This document shows positions 38,201-47,548 of a stretch of DNA of 64,000 bases, piece by piece. The notes under the pieces were generated by a model that worked only from the letters and a program-made list of their open reading frames with translations, did no database searches and was not told the origin of the DNA. The translations under genes and the position numbers were made by a program. The first letter of the stretch is position 1. The number at the start of each line of letters is the position of its first letter. The DNA is taken from NCBI GenBank assembly GCA_963675785.1, contig OY776562.1:2126893-2190892 (forward strand), given 5' to 3'. The DNA comes from Anaerolineae bacterium (lineage in GTDB: Bacteria > Chloroflexota > Anaerolineae > UBA1429).

Positions 38201-38368
38201 AACGGTGAGCGTATAAGTAACGGTATCTCCAGATACTACAGCCGAAGGAGAAGCCGAGGCCGACATCGCGACAGTAGGTGAGTCAGCAGATGCAACAGAG
38301 GTGGCTATGGTCAAGAGGGCCAGCAGCGCCACACCGAACAGACTGCGGGCCGCGATGCGTTTGCGCAT
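35294..38368 (-). CDS. Large secreted multidomain glycoside hydrolase: signal peptide, DUF11 repeat domain, clan GH-A catalytic domain (NEP...ITETG), beta-sandwich region, C-terminal YVTN-type beta-propeller repeats
   Basis: MRKRIAARSLFGVALLALLTIATSVASA signal; VTYTLTVENTAENEVDGATLVVTLPDGFTYVSGST is a DUF11 repeat; LYIEIWNEPNL acid/base and VLITETGYA nucleophile motifs. The C-terminus has repeated LYV..-type propeller blades. Confidence 0.6.
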   Translation of the reverse strand: MRKRIAARSLFGVALLALLTIATSVASADSPTVAMSASASPSAVVSGDTVTYTLTVENTAENEVDGATLVVTLPDGFTYVSGSTTLTSNGVTKAGVNPVVSGDTLRWSASDFTIPAARTTTVYGMNTFVQDYCNTDGINQQLNWTLEVVGENTYAKQLFKDIEASTPGPQPCWEKFVEICYANNITPVIRLAGTYGSGYWNKPIADAPGDYSSIAAAFARVVDGLRQYIPNDHLLYIEIWNEPNLNLEWGDEANPEEYAAMMVDVSAAIRALGDDRIVIMNGGLSPNGGNIAALAFIDRMARVSGWLDSFDVWAAHTYPGNRPPEYNLHAGNITSYSNYSIDSYLLELQRLAQYGRDDLQVLITETGYALSANDLEYDKIGESNRANYMLRAMTDYWSQWSEVIGVCPFELVDPNGNWDMWDWRDNDGSTHAQYDVLAAASKPSTLVEGTLELTFEARSGGATGTRTIDATLTTPSNGSAALTNAAPVRIPSDTVLPTPTPYSAGTLVWNLPLIYQYADLTTEPTPAPVQGCVELVTNGNCETSSVWTLQGGYPASYTSDAYAGTQALRIGIVNSSKDCYSFSSVQQKITLPEADDIALIFWAKYSSSDTSGDYQCILLRSEDLGTSRALLWSLNNTSDWVGYYYDLTDYAGQTLYLYFGVYNDGIPSEGVTSMLVDNISVEACDAISTNSSDHVAIQTATGETVQLTTLSPPVTYDLVEGDISLAEENKADARVSTLQIDEALQRMVVTRYKALTSVDLSTGEIVYSLNYTSSLGIVGLDEATGSVAVPLFDEGRVDLLDSDGNLLGAVSDLGKPVAAILSGQGLLIADAGSDQLVLADAKSGAVVDSLDLGTIPDMMLLDEANGKLYVAEPEASRLALINTTNLAIESYIELTGTAMPADMVLDSERNRLYIVNSLSAKYGGIQAIDTLTGRITASLWGNPTEPLSIANHVQLSADGESVILLTPTTMYLLDPYTLEIISQQALVPEGYSRASDLDTTTGELYVADGPIRVTRTEGLSGEVD

Positions 38369-38508
38369 CCAGGGTCCTCCTCAGAGGAAGTCTGAAGGCA
38401 TTCCTTCAGGCTAAGCTAGATTACTCGCACCACACGGCGTTGTCAATCGCCCTCGATATGACAAGAGGGCCAGTCCTACTTGGGCCGGCCCTCCAGTAAA
38501 AGCAGGTA

Positions 38509-41166
38509 TTACTCTATGCCAAGAGCGGCATGTGCGGCAGCCAGTCGGGCCACAGGCACTCGGAAGGGTGAGCAGCTCACATACGTAAGCCCCACCTCGT
38601 GGAAGAACTTGATAGAAGCCGGATCGCCGCCATGCTCACCACAAACACCCAGAAGGATATCCGGGCGAACAGCGCGTCCTTGCTCTACGGCCATCTTGAC
38701 TAGCCTACCGACGCCGCCCCGATCCATCGACTGGAAAGGGCTCACAGGCAAGATGCCTCGTTTGACATAGTCCAGCAAGAACTTGCCCTCGGCATCATCG
38801 CGCGAATAGCCAAAGCTCATCTGGGTCAGGTCGTTGGTGCCAAAGCTAAAGAATTCGGCCTCAACGGCGAGCTCGTCGCTGGTCACGGCACCGCGTGGTG
38901 TCTCGATCATCGTGCCGAATAGAGCCTCAACATCAACGCCTTTTTCTCCCATAACCTGGGCAGCTACAGTGCGTAGCTTGGCGATTTCGGTCTTGAGCTC
39001 GTTGATGTGCGATACCAGCGGGATCATAACCTCGACCTTGACGTCGATACCCTCAGCAGCTTTGTTGCAGGCCGCCTCAAAGATGGCACGCACCTGCATC
39101 TCGGTCAGGCCCTTGTAGCTGATGCCCGCACGACAGCCGCGTAAGCCCATCATCGGGTTGATCTCGGAAAGATCGGTGACCAGGCTGAGCAAAGCCTCTT
39201 TTTCGGCCAGCTCCTTCGGATCGGTCCCAATGCAGCGCAGCTTGACGACTTCTTCCAACAACTCATAACGGCTGGGCAGAAACTCGTGCATGGGTGCGTC
39301 CAATAGACGAATAGTGACGGGCAGGCCGTCCATCGCCTCAAAAATGCCCTCAAAGTCTGCACGCTGGATCGGCAGTATCTCGTCCAGGAATCCCTGACGC
39401 GCAGCATCGTTCTGGGCCATGATCATGCCCACAATAGCCTTGCGCGCCTTTTCCTCAAAGAACATGTGCTCGGTGCGGCAAAGGCCAATGCCCTCGGCGC
39501 CCAAAGTGCGAGCGCGGACGGCATCGCGCGGATAATCGGCATTGGCATACACACCCAATACGCGAATTTCATCAGCCCAGCTGAGCAACGTGCGCAGTTC
39601 ATGCTCTTGATCAAGATCCACTTCGTGGGTGGGAATAGCACCGCAAAAGACCTCGCCAGTTGTGCCGTCAATCGAGATGACATCGCCTTCACTGACGGTC
39701 AGATCGCCGATGGTAAAGCGGGCATTGATCTCGTCAACCTTGATGTCCTCACAGCCCACCACACAAGGTAGGTTGCTGCCGCGGGCGACCACAGCTGCAT
39801 GAGACGTAGCACCGCCGTGCTGGGTGAGAACGCCCTTGCTAGAGAGCATACCGCCCACATCGTCGGGTGATGTTTCGGGGCGGACGAGAATGACATTCTC
39901 ATTGGCTGAGCGATCTTCAGCACGAACGGAATCAAAAACGGCCACGCCCGTGGCAGCACCCGGAGAGGCGTTTAGCCCCTTGGTAATGAGCAAATCGGCC
40001 GCTGCTTCTTTGGCCGCGGGATCAAATGAAGGATGGAGCATGACATCGACCTGCGTAGCGGTTACACGAGCCACAGCCTCTTCTTTAGTAATGAGGCCCT
40101 CATTAGCCTGGTCCACGGCAATCTTGATGGCCGCGCGCGCGGTGCGCTTGCCATTGCGGGTCTGCAACATGTAGAGCTTGCCGCGCTCAACGGTAAACTC
40201 GAGGTCCTGCATATCGCGATAATGCTTTTCGAGCATCATAGCCACATCAAGAAACTGCTTGTAAACCTCGGGGTTTCTTGCTTCCAACTCGGCAATCTTG
40301 AGTGGCGTGCGAATACCGGCCACCACATCTTCGCCCTGAGCGTTCTCCAGGTACTCGCCAAACAGAGCCTTGTCACCCGTGTTCGGGTTGCGCGTAAAAG
40401 CCACGCCTGTGCCAGAATTGTCACCCATGTTGCCGAACACCATGGTGCAAATGTTTACCGCCGTGCCCCAGCTATCGGCCATATTGTTGTGGCGGCGATA
40501 GGTGACGGCATTGGGACCAAACCATGAATCGAATACGGCTTCAATACCCTGGCGAAGCTGCTCCCAGACATCCTCAGGGAACTCGACACCGAGCTCAGCC
40601 TTGTAGAGTGCCTTGAATTCTTTGACCACGTTCTGGAGCATTTCCATGGTAAGATCTGTATCGCGGCCACCTACGGTCTTGGCCTTGTAGGCGTCAAGAA
40701 TGGCTTCGAATTTACGACCATCTATGCCTTTAACGATGCGTCCAAACATGGAGATGAGCCGACGGTATGAATCGAGAGCAAAACGCTCGTTGCCAGAGAG
40801 TTCAGCCAGTCCTTTGAGCGTCTCACCGTTGAGGCCCAGGTTTAGTACTGTGTCCATCATGCCGGGCATAGAAACGCGAGCACCCGAGCGAACCGATACC
40901 AACAGGGGGTTGCTGGGGTCGCCAAACCGTTTGCCAGTTTGCTCCTCAACCACCTTCATTGACTCTAGAACCTGATCCCACATATTCTCTGGAAACTGCT
41001 TGCCAGCATCGAAATAAGCCAGGCAGGCTTCCGTTGTGCAGGTAAAACCAGGAGGTACTGGCAAGCCAGCATTCGTCATCTCTGCAAGACCTGCGCCCTT
41101 GCCTCCAAGCAGATCCCGCATGTCTCTGTTCCCCTCAGAGAACAAATACACCCACTTTTTCCCCAT
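38509..41166 (-). CDS. ppdK: Pyruvate, phosphate dikinase
   Basis: MGKKWVYLFSEGNRDMRDLLGGKGAGLAEM is the PPDK N-terminus. Central phosphohistidine domain (TSHAAVVARG) and C-terminal PEP-utilising domain. Start reset to the ATG at 41164-41166 with SD AAGGGGG; the ORF-track N-terminal 85 aa are read-through. Confidence 0.85.
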   Translation of the reverse strand: MGKKWVYLFSEGNRDMRDLLGGKGAGLAEMTNAGLPVPPGFTCTTEACLAYFDAGKQFPENMWDQVLESMKVVEEQTGKRFGDPSNPLLVSVRSGARVSMPGMMDTVLNLGLNGETLKGLAELSGNERFALDSYRRLISMFGRIVKGIDGRKFEAILDAYKAKTVGGRDTDLTMEMLQNVVKEFKALYKAELGVEFPEDVWEQLRQGIEAVFDSWFGPNAVTYRRHNNMADSWGTAVNICTMVFGNMGDNSGTGVAFTRNPNTGDKALFGEYLENAQGEDVVAGIRTPLKIAELEARNPEVYKQFLDVAMMLEKHYRDMQDLEFTVERGKLYMLQTRNGKRTARAAIKIAVDQANEGLITKEEAVARVTATQVDVMLHPSFDPAAKEAAADLLITKGLNASPGAATGVAVFDSVRAEDRSANENVILVRPETSPDDVGGMLSSKGVLTQHGGATSHAAVVARGSNLPCVVGCEDIKVDEINARFTIGDLTVSEGDVISIDGTTGEVFCGAIPTHEVDLDQEHELRTLLSWADEIRVLGVYANADYPRDAVRARTLGAEGIGLCRTEHMFFEEKARKAIVGMIMAQNDAARQGFLDEILPIQRADFEGIFEAMDGLPVTIRLLDAPMHEFLPSRYELLEEVVKLRCIGTDPKELAEKEALLSLVTDLSEINPMMGLRGCRAGISYKGLTEMQVRAIFEAACNKAAEGIDVKVEVMIPLVSHINELKTEIAKLRTVAAQVMGEKGVDVEALFGTMIETPRGAVTSDELAVEAEFFSFGTNDLTQMSFGYSRDDAEGKFLLDYVKRGILPVSPFQSMDRGGVGRLVKMAVEQGRAVRPDILLGVCGEHGGDPASIKFFHEVGLTYVSCSPFRVPVARLAAAHAALGIE

Positions 41167-41301
41167 TATCAAACCCCCTTGTTTGGCGTAGCGCCCTTTG
41201 GACGCGTGATTATAGGTCCCATGACCTGATTCTGCAACTCTGCAACCACTGTTTAGTTTCAGCGTATAGATTATGATGCTAAAAAAATGGAGAGTAACTA
41301 A

Positions 41302-41679
41302 ATGAGCCTGTTGATGAATGTCCTCTGGATCCTCCTCGGCGGATTCCTGGTTTTCTTTTTCTACCTTATCGGTGGCGTGGTGCTGTGCTGCACCATTATC
41401 GGCATTCCCTTTGGCGTTCAACTGATCAAGCTGTCGCTCTTGGGCCTAGCCCCCTTTGGCAAAGAAGTAGATACCACCGGATCTGCCGCTGGCCTCTTGC
41501 CCATCCTGATGAATGTGCTCTGGTGGGTCTTTGGCGGCGTCGAGGTCGCCATCGTACACCTCGTGTTCGCCCTGCTCTGTGCCATCACCGTCGTCGGGCT
41601 GCCCCTGGCCGCCCAGCACATGAAACTACTCAAGATGGCACTGGTGCCCTTTGGTGCACAAATTCGCGAAGCCCGCTAG
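41302..41679 (+). CDS. yccF: YccF-family (DUF307) small inner-membrane protein with internal tandem duplication
   Basis: Two copies of the MNVLW..GG...(I/V)(I/V)G(I/L)P...L...L.PFG module. Confidence 0.7.
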   Translation: MSLLMNVLWILLGGFLVFFFYLIGGVVLCCTIIGIPFGVQLIKLSLLGLAPFGKEVDTTGSAAGLLPILMNVLWWVFGGVEVAIVHLVFALLCAITVVGLPLAAQHMKLLKMALVPFGAQIREAR

Positions 41680-41691
41680 CGTAAAACAAAA

Positions 41692-41724
41692 AGCGGGGTA
41701 GGCATTCCCCTACCCCGCTCGTTT
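41692..41724. terminator. Bidirectional terminator between the convergent yccF and glyQS genes
   Basis: Stem AGCGGGGTAGG/CCTACCCCGCT with loop CATTC. An A-tract sits before it and CGTTTG after it. Confidence 0.55.
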
Positions 41725-41727
41725 GAC

Positions 41728-44703
41728 TCAGAATCCCTCCATGGCAGTCAGGTCTACAATCCCCTCCGCCAGCCCCGAGACTGCTTGCAGCAGCCCCAGG
41801 CGGTTATTTCTGATATCCTGATTGGGGTCCATCACCAACACTTGATCAAAGAAAGCTGTGATGGCCGGCTTGAGCGCCTGAATAGCCTCCATCAGCGCAT
41901 CCACCGTGCCCTTGCTACTGACTCCTTCTACCTGTGCAGCATAGCTAGCATAGAGCTGCCGCGAAGCCTCTTCAGAGAACAGTCCGGGGTTCACAGTAAA
42001 CTGCGTATCGAGCTTACGGGTAATGCGCACACAACGCGCATAACTATCCAACAGTTCGCCCCAGTCATCTCGCCCAACCCAGACAGCCAATTCGTCCAGC
42101 GCATGGCGTGCCGCAGCCGGGTTGTCGACCTGAGCGTTCAACACTGCATCCACCTGGTCATAGGCGTAACCAGCATCGCGCAAGGCCACGCGATAGCGCG
42201 TCTGTACAAAGTCCAAGACCTCATCAACCAAGCCATTCCCAGCTTTGACTGGCAGGTTCGCTGCTGCGGACTTTATCGCTTCTCTCAACGAGATAGACAT
42301 ATCCAACTCAGAGAGCGTTTGCACGATGGATAGTGCCGCACGGCGCAGCCCCCAGGGATCGGCCCCGCTAGAAGGCTTGATGCCCACCGCAAACAGGCCA
42401 ACCAGAGAATCAAGGCGGTCTGCCAGACCAACTACCAGGCCTGCCTTACTGGCTGGCAAACGGTCGCCGGTAAACCGCGGCAAATAATGCTCGGCAATAG
42501 CCTGCGCCACAGCCGGTGTCTCTCCCGTGTGTTCGGCATAATGGCGTCCCAACTCACCCTGCAATGAGGTAAGTTCCACCACCAATTGGGTGGCCAAATC
42601 GCTCTTGCAAATAGCGGCTGCGCGTTCAGCAGTGGCCTTTTCCTCAGCATTCAAGCCCAACGTATCGGCCAATACGGGCACCAGTTTTTCCATACGGTGC
42701 ACCTTGTCCAGCACCGAGCCCAATTTTTCCTGGAAGGTCAGTGTGTTTAGCGCAGGCGTATAATCAGCCAGCGGCTTTTTGATGTCGCTGTCATAGAAAT
42801 AGGCGGCGTCGGCATAACGAGCACGAAGCACCTCGTCGTTACCGTGGCGCACCACATCCACATCCAACGAAGCGCCGTTGGCGATGGTGATGTAATAAGG
42901 CAACAGTTTGCCATCCTTGAGCACCGGCAAGTAACGCTGATGCTTGCGCATCACAGCCAACAGCACCATATCGGGCAGGCGAAGATATTGTTCATCAAAA
43001 CTGCCGCGAATGGCCAGCGGATACTCGACCAGATTGGTCACTTCGGACAGCAAATCCTCATCGTCAGGAATCTCGCCGCCCACCTCAGCCGCCAGGGCGC
43101 GAGCCTGCTCGAGAATGCTTTCGCGGCGCGCCGCCTGAGACAGCATGATGCCCGCCTCAGTGATGGCCTGCTCGTAAGCAGAAGCACAGCATATCGGCAC
43201 CGCTGGGCTATCCGCCGGGCGAATGCCGCGCGATACGCGCCCACTGCGTACACCAGCGAATTCACAGGGCACCACTACATCGCCCAACAAAGCAATGATC
43301 CAACGCACCGGCCGTGAAAAGCTGATGCCTCTCTCGTTCCAGCGCATATTGCGCGTATAGTGCAATGAAGCAAACACACGCGGCAGCGCTTCGGCCAGCA
43401 CCACAGCCGCCGGTTGGCCCTTTTCCGCCGTAATGGCAAACACATACTCTTTGCCATCGACTTCACGCACCTCAAGAGCGGTAGGGTCAATGCCCTTGCC
43501 ACGGGCAAAACCCTCAGCTGCCTTGGTAGGTTGGCCGTCTTTAAAGGCAATGGCCGCCGCTGGGCCGCGACTCGATACTTTACGGTCCTGCTGAGCTGCC
43601 TGCAAACCTTTGACGATGGCCGCCACGCGACGCGGCGTGCCCTCGACTATCAAAGAATCATAACTCAAACGCGCCTGAGTGAGCTCTTGTTCCAATGCCT
43701 TTTTGACGTCATCGACAGTAACATCGAGATCTCCCACCGGCAATTCCTCAATACCCAGTTCGAGCACGAAATCGAACGGCCCGTCACCTTCTGGTTGAAC
43801 AGGGGTTGGCAGAGGCGCTTCGACTATTTGGTCATTGGCGCGCAGCATGGGGTAGCCCATCTCTTTGCGCTGCTCGACATAGAGCGAAGCCACGGTGCGG
43901 GCCAAATTACGCATACGCACGAAATAGCGGGCCCTCTCGGTGACGCCCACGGCGCCACGGGCATCCAGCACGTTGAACACATGGGAACATTTCAAGACGT
44001 AATCATGGGCTGGCATCACCAGTCCACGATTGATGGCGTTCTGGGCCTCGGCCTCATACAGATCGTACAGGGCATGGAGGTTATCGACATCAGCCACTTC
44101 AAAGTTATAGGTACAGTGTTCGATCTCACCCTGCAGCCTCAAGTCCCCATAGGTGAGATCACCGTGCCATTTGATCTCGGGAAAAGTACTCACGCCCTGC
44201 AACACCATGACGATGCGCTCCAGGCCGTAGGTGATCTCGACCGCAACCGGATCCAATTCTTGGCCACCGGCCTGCTGGAAATAGGTGAACTGGGTGATCT
44301 CTTGGCCATCCAGCCAAACTTCCCAACCCAAGCCCCAGGCACCCAACGCCGGCGATTCCCAGTTGTCCTCCACAAAGCGCACATCATGCTCCGCAGGATC
44401 GATGCCCAATGCTCGCAAACTGGCCAGGTACAGCTCCTGTGGATTGCCGGGTTCCGGCTGCAGGATGACCTGATACTGATAGTATTTCTGCCAGCGATTG
44501 GGGTTCTTACCATAGCGGCCATCAGCGGGACGCACCGAAGGCTCAACATAGGCTACGCTCCAAGGTTCGGGGCCCAAAACACGAAGCGCAGTTGCCGGGT
44601 TGAGTGTGCCAGCACCCACCTGAACATTGTGCGGTTGCCACAAAAGGCAGCCATGCTCAGACCAGAACTGGTTCAGGCGCATGATGACGGTTTCGAAATC
44701 CAT
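41728..44703 (-). CDS. glyQS: Glycine--tRNA ligase, fused alpha-beta form (GlyQ-GlyS single polypeptide)
   Basis: N-terminal GlyQ ([25 protein letters not shown]...[15 protein letters not shown]), then a continuous GlyS-like ~690 aa with no intervening stop. Confidence 0.85.
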   Translation of the reverse strand: MDFETVIMRLNQFWSEHGCLLWQPHNVQVGAGTLNPATALRVLGPEPWSVAYVEPSVRPADGRYGKNPNRWQKYYQYQVILQPEPGNPQELYLASLRALGIDPAEHDVRFVEDNWESPALGAWGLGWEVWLDGQEITQFTYFQQAGGQELDPVAVEITYGLERIVMVLQGVSTFPEIKWHGDLTYGDLRLQGEIEHCTYNFEVADVDNLHALYDLYEAEAQNAINRGLVMPAHDYVLKCSHVFNVLDARGAVGVTERARYFVRMRNLARTVASLYVEQRKEMGYPMLRANDQIVEAPLPTPVQPEGDGPFDFVLELGIEELPVGDLDVTVDDVKKALEQELTQARLSYDSLIVEGTPRRVAAIVKGLQAAQQDRKVSSRGPAAAIAFKDGQPTKAAEGFARGKGIDPTALEVREVDGKEYVFAITAEKGQPAAVVLAEALPRVFASLHYTRNMRWNERGISFSRPVRWIIALLGDVVVPCEFAGVRSGRVSRGIRPADSPAVPICCASAYEQAITEAGIMLSQAARRESILEQARALAAEVGGEIPDDEDLLSEVTNLVEYPLAIRGSFDEQYLRLPDMVLLAVMRKHQRYLPVLKDGKLLPYYITIANGASLDVDVVRHGNDEVLRARYADAAYFYDSDIKKPLADYTPALNTLTFQEKLGSVLDKVHRMEKLVPVLADTLGLNAEEKATAERAAAICKSDLATQLVVELTSLQGELGRHYAEHTGETPAVAQAIAEHYLPRFTGDRLPASKAGLVVGLADRLDSLVGLFAVGIKPSSGADPWGLRRAALSIVQTLSELDMSISLREAIKSAAANLPVKAGNGLVDEVLDFVQTRYRVALRDAGYAYDQVDAVLNAQVDNPAAARHALDELAVWVGRDDWGELLDSYARCVRITRKLDTQFTVNPGLFSEEASRQLYASYAAQVEGVSSKGTVDALMEAIQALKPAITAFFDQVLVMDPNQDIRNNRLGLLQAVSGLAEGIVDLTAMEGF

Positions 44704-44732
44704 TTGCAGTCACCTCAGACAATATTTACTAA

Positions 44733-45527
44733 TCATGGTTCATCCACGTTTGTTCCGTGATGAATTGGGCGGCGTTCGGCGCGACGCAGGCTATCCAGCA
44801 CGGCTCCCGAGCGCACTTCACGCTCTAGAATATGCTGCATCACCATACGCAGCAGCGATTCGAGCTCTTGCAGGGTCACCGGTCGTACGGTCAGATGGCT
44901 CACTTGTTCGTCACTGTACCGCCGCATATAGCGCAGCACCTTTTGCGCCCCTAACGAAACCTGACGCGCATAAGGAATATCTGCCCCACAGTGAGGGCAT
45001 AATATGCCGCCCAGTTCCGCCGAAAAACGGTTAACCTCAGGCAGCAATTCTTTGCCGCATTCCAGGCAATTGAACAATTCAGGGTCGTATCCCGCCTGCT
45101 CTAGTAGGCGCAACTCAAAGAGGCGCATACCCAGGGCTGGGTCATTGTCACTCTCCAACCAGCGCAAAGTATCTAGCAAGAGCTGGTACAACGCCTGGGG
45201 CTCTTCTTCCTGAGCAAACTGATCCACCAACTCTCCAGCATAGCAGGCCATAGTGAAACGCTCTACATCCTGCGCAAGCACATCGAACTGCTCCAGGCAC
45301 TCGGCCTGGGTAATGGTATCCAGATTGCGCCCCTGAGCCACTAGCAGCCGCACCCGTGAAAACAAGGATAAATGGCCACCTTTGCGGCTCTTGATGCGAC
45401 GCACGCCATGGGCCATGGCATCGAGCCGGCCCTGCGGCGTAATCAGCGACAGAATACGGTCGGCTTCTCCATAGTCGCGCTCTCGCAGTACGATGGCCTC
45501 ACGCCCGTAGACGCGCTCGCGCGGCAA
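44733..45527 (-). CDS. recO: DNA repair protein RecO
   Basis: OB-fold N-terminal domain (EAIVLRERDYGEADRILSLITPQGR) and a C-terminal CxxC...CxxC zinc motif (CLECG...CPHCG). Confidence 0.85.
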   Translation of the reverse strand: MPRERVYGREAIVLRERDYGEADRILSLITPQGRLDAMAHGVRRIKSRKGGHLSLFSRVRLLVAQGRNLDTITQAECLEQFDVLAQDVERFTMACYAGELVDQFAQEEEPQALYQLLLDTLRWLESDNDPALGMRLFELRLLEQAGYDPELFNCLECGKELLPEVNRFSAELGGILCPHCGADIPYARQVSLGAQKVLRYMRRYSDEQVSHLTVRPVTLQELESLLRMVMQHILEREVRSGAVLDSLRRAERRPIHHGTNVDEP

Positions 45528-45537
45528 GTGTCACCTC

Positions 45538-46284
45538 CTAGAGCATCTCCGGCAAGCCAGGGCAAGCCCGACAATGCTTGCAATCTGGCCCGGCAAAATG
45601 GCGCTCGGAGCCTAAAAGCCCGTCTCGCATGGCAGATAGCCGTCTGATTTCGTCCAAGGGCAAAATCTGCACCCTGCCCAATTTGTGCGCTTCGGCCAGC
45701 ACCACTGCCGTATTCTCGACCTTTTCGGTATGCGCATAAGCTTCCATCACCGTACGCCCCACCGTCACCGGCCCGTGACGATCCAACAACAAGGCGTCGT
45801 GATCACCAATCAATTCGCGGATGACCTCCGGCCCCTGCGCCGATGTCGGTGTAGCATAGCGCGTGGTCACGATGGTGCCCAGCGTCACCAGGGTCTCGGG
45901 CATAACACAGGGTGCCAACGAAATGCCAGCCACTGAAAGGGCCGTAGCCATCGGCGCATGAGAATGCACCACAGCGTTCACGTCCGCCCGCTGATGGTAC
46001 ACTTCCAGATGCAAGCGTAGCTCTGCCGAAGGACGATAGCCGTTGAGCGGAAAAGCACCGCCCTCGACGACTTGACCCTCCATATCCGTCACCACCAGGT
46101 CGGCCTCTCGCAACAAACCCTTGGCCAGCCCCGTGGGTGTCGTCACCAGATGAGCATCATCCAGCCGAGCCGAGATGTTGCCATCCGTCGCGGCGATAAG
46201 CCCACGAGCATAGAGCAACTGACAAGCACGTACAATCTCGCCACGCAGCATTTTTTCTCTATCAACAAGGCTAACTTTCACCAA
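45538..46284 (-). CDS. Class II aldolase/adducin-family protein (fuculose-phosphate-aldolase-like)
   Basis: ...ATDGNISARLDD... and HSHAPMATAL metal-binding His motifs. Confidence 0.75.
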   Translation of the reverse strand: MVKVSLVDREKMLRGEIVRACQLLYARGLIAATDGNISARLDDAHLVTTPTGLAKGLLREADLVVTDMEGQVVEGGAFPLNGYRPSAELRLHLEVYHQRADVNAVVHSHAPMATALSVAGISLAPCVMPETLVTLGTIVTTRYATPTSAQGPEVIRELIGDHDALLLDRHGPVTVGRTVMEAYAHTEKVENTAVVLAEAHKLGRVQILPLDEIRRLSAMRDGLLGSERHFAGPDCKHCRACPGLPEML

Positions 46285-46287
46285 GAC

Positions 46288-47040
46288 CTACTCCTCAATG
46301 CCGTTGAGAATGGCAATGCCCGCACTAGCCCCAATGCGGCTAGCGCCTGCGGAAACCATGGCGATGGCCTTTTCGACATCGCGAATACCGCCCGCAGCCT
46401 TGACACCCATCTCCGGACCGACCACATAACGCATCAGGCGAACATCTTCAACCGTAGCGCCGCCCGGGCCAAAGCCGGTAGAGGTCTTGGCGAAATCGGC
46501 GTCAGCCTCGACGATTAGGCGGCAAGCCTCGACTTTTTCCAGATCAGTCAACAGCGCCGCCTCGATGATGACCTTACAGACAGCCCCCTTGACATGGCAA
46601 GCATCGGCCACAGCCTTGATATCCTTGTAGACAGATTCAAATTTGCCCGCCTTCAAACCGCCCACATGAATGACCATGTCGATCTCTCGGGCACCCGCTT
46701 TGAGGGCGTATCTGGTCTCCGCCACTTTGGCTTCGGTAGCGCTAGCCCCCAAAGGAAACCCAACCACACAGCAGACATCCACATCCGTATCGGCCAATGC
46801 CTTGGCACAACGCGCCGCATACACCGTGTTCACACAAACCGAGGCGAACTGATATTCGCGCGCCTCTTGGCAAAGCAGATCGATCTGCTCTGGCGTCGCT
46901 TCTGCCTTGAGCACTGTGTGGTCGATCAAGCCGGCCATGGTAGTTTTGGTCAGTTTAACCGGCGCATCAACGGGCATGTTCTCGTTGTACTCGCTCAATA
47001 GGCGAGCGCTATCTTCTTCAAAGGTGGACCACGTTATCAT
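46288..47040 (-). CDS. deoC: Deoxyribose-phosphate aldolase
   Basis: ...SVCVNTVY..., ...CVVGFPLGA..., Schiff-base Lys region FAKTSTGF. Start trimmed to the ATG at 47038-47040 with an AAGGAGG SD (ORF-track start is 47217). Confidence 0.85.
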   Translation of the reverse strand: MITWSTFEEDSARLLSEYNENMPVDAPVKLTKTTMAGLIDHTVLKAEATPEQIDLLCQEAREYQFASVCVNTVYAARCAKALADTDVDVCCVVGFPLGASATEAKVAETRYALKAGAREIDMVIHVGGLKAGKFESVYKDIKAVADACHVKGAVCKVIIEAALLTDLEKVEACRLIVEADADFAKTSTGFGPGGATVEDVRLMRYVVGPEMGVKAAGGIRDVEKAIAMVSAGASRIGASAGIAILNGIEE

Positions 47041-47137
47041 TCCGGGCCTCCTTGCGCGGTGTTGATCATACTGAACATTATAACTGGCTGCCTGTGCACG
47101 CACAAAGAGCGGCGCCGTGACAATGCCAGAAGAACTG

Positions 47138-47548
47138 CTAGAGTTGATCAGGTGTAAAGGAACGCGGCAACAGCTCGTCCATGCTATAGCGCTCGACGTT
47201 GCCCCGGGTATCGGCAATCAACACTGTAAGCTCGGGGGCAAACTCAGCCATCACCTGCCGACAGGCGCCACAAGGCGAGGAAGCGTTTTCGGTCACCACG
47301 GCAAGCGCTATGAACTCGCGCTCTCCTCCAGAAACCGCCGTAAAGATGGCCGTACGTTCGGCACAGTTGGTCAACCCATACGAGGCATTCTCGACGTTCA
47401 CACCTGTGTAGATGTGCCCTAATACCGTACGCAGGGCCGCCCCTACCTTGAAATGCGAATAGGGCGCATAAGCCCTTTCGCGCGCTTCGGTAGCCGCTTG
47501 TACAAGCTCGGCCTCACGAGGATTCAGTTCCTCAATCCTGGTCTTCAT
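47138..47548 (-). CDS. cdd: Cytidine deaminase
   Basis: Zinc-binding CAERTAI and PCGACRQV motifs. Start at the internal ATG with a GGAGAGG SD. Overlaps the glmU 3' end by 17 bp. Confidence 0.85.
   Translation of the reverse strand: MKTRIEELNPREAELVQAATEARERAYAPYSHFKVGAALRTVLGHIYTGVNVENASYGLTNCAERTAIFTAVSGGEREFIALAVVTENASSPCGACRQVMAEFAPELTVLIADTRGNVERYSMDELLPRSFTPDQL

Noticed and set aside
41167-41421. N-terminal 85-aa extension of the ppdK ORF in the track
   Set aside because: Low-complexity read-through of the promoter region. The canonical PPDK N-terminus MGKKWVYLF with a strong SD starts at 41166.
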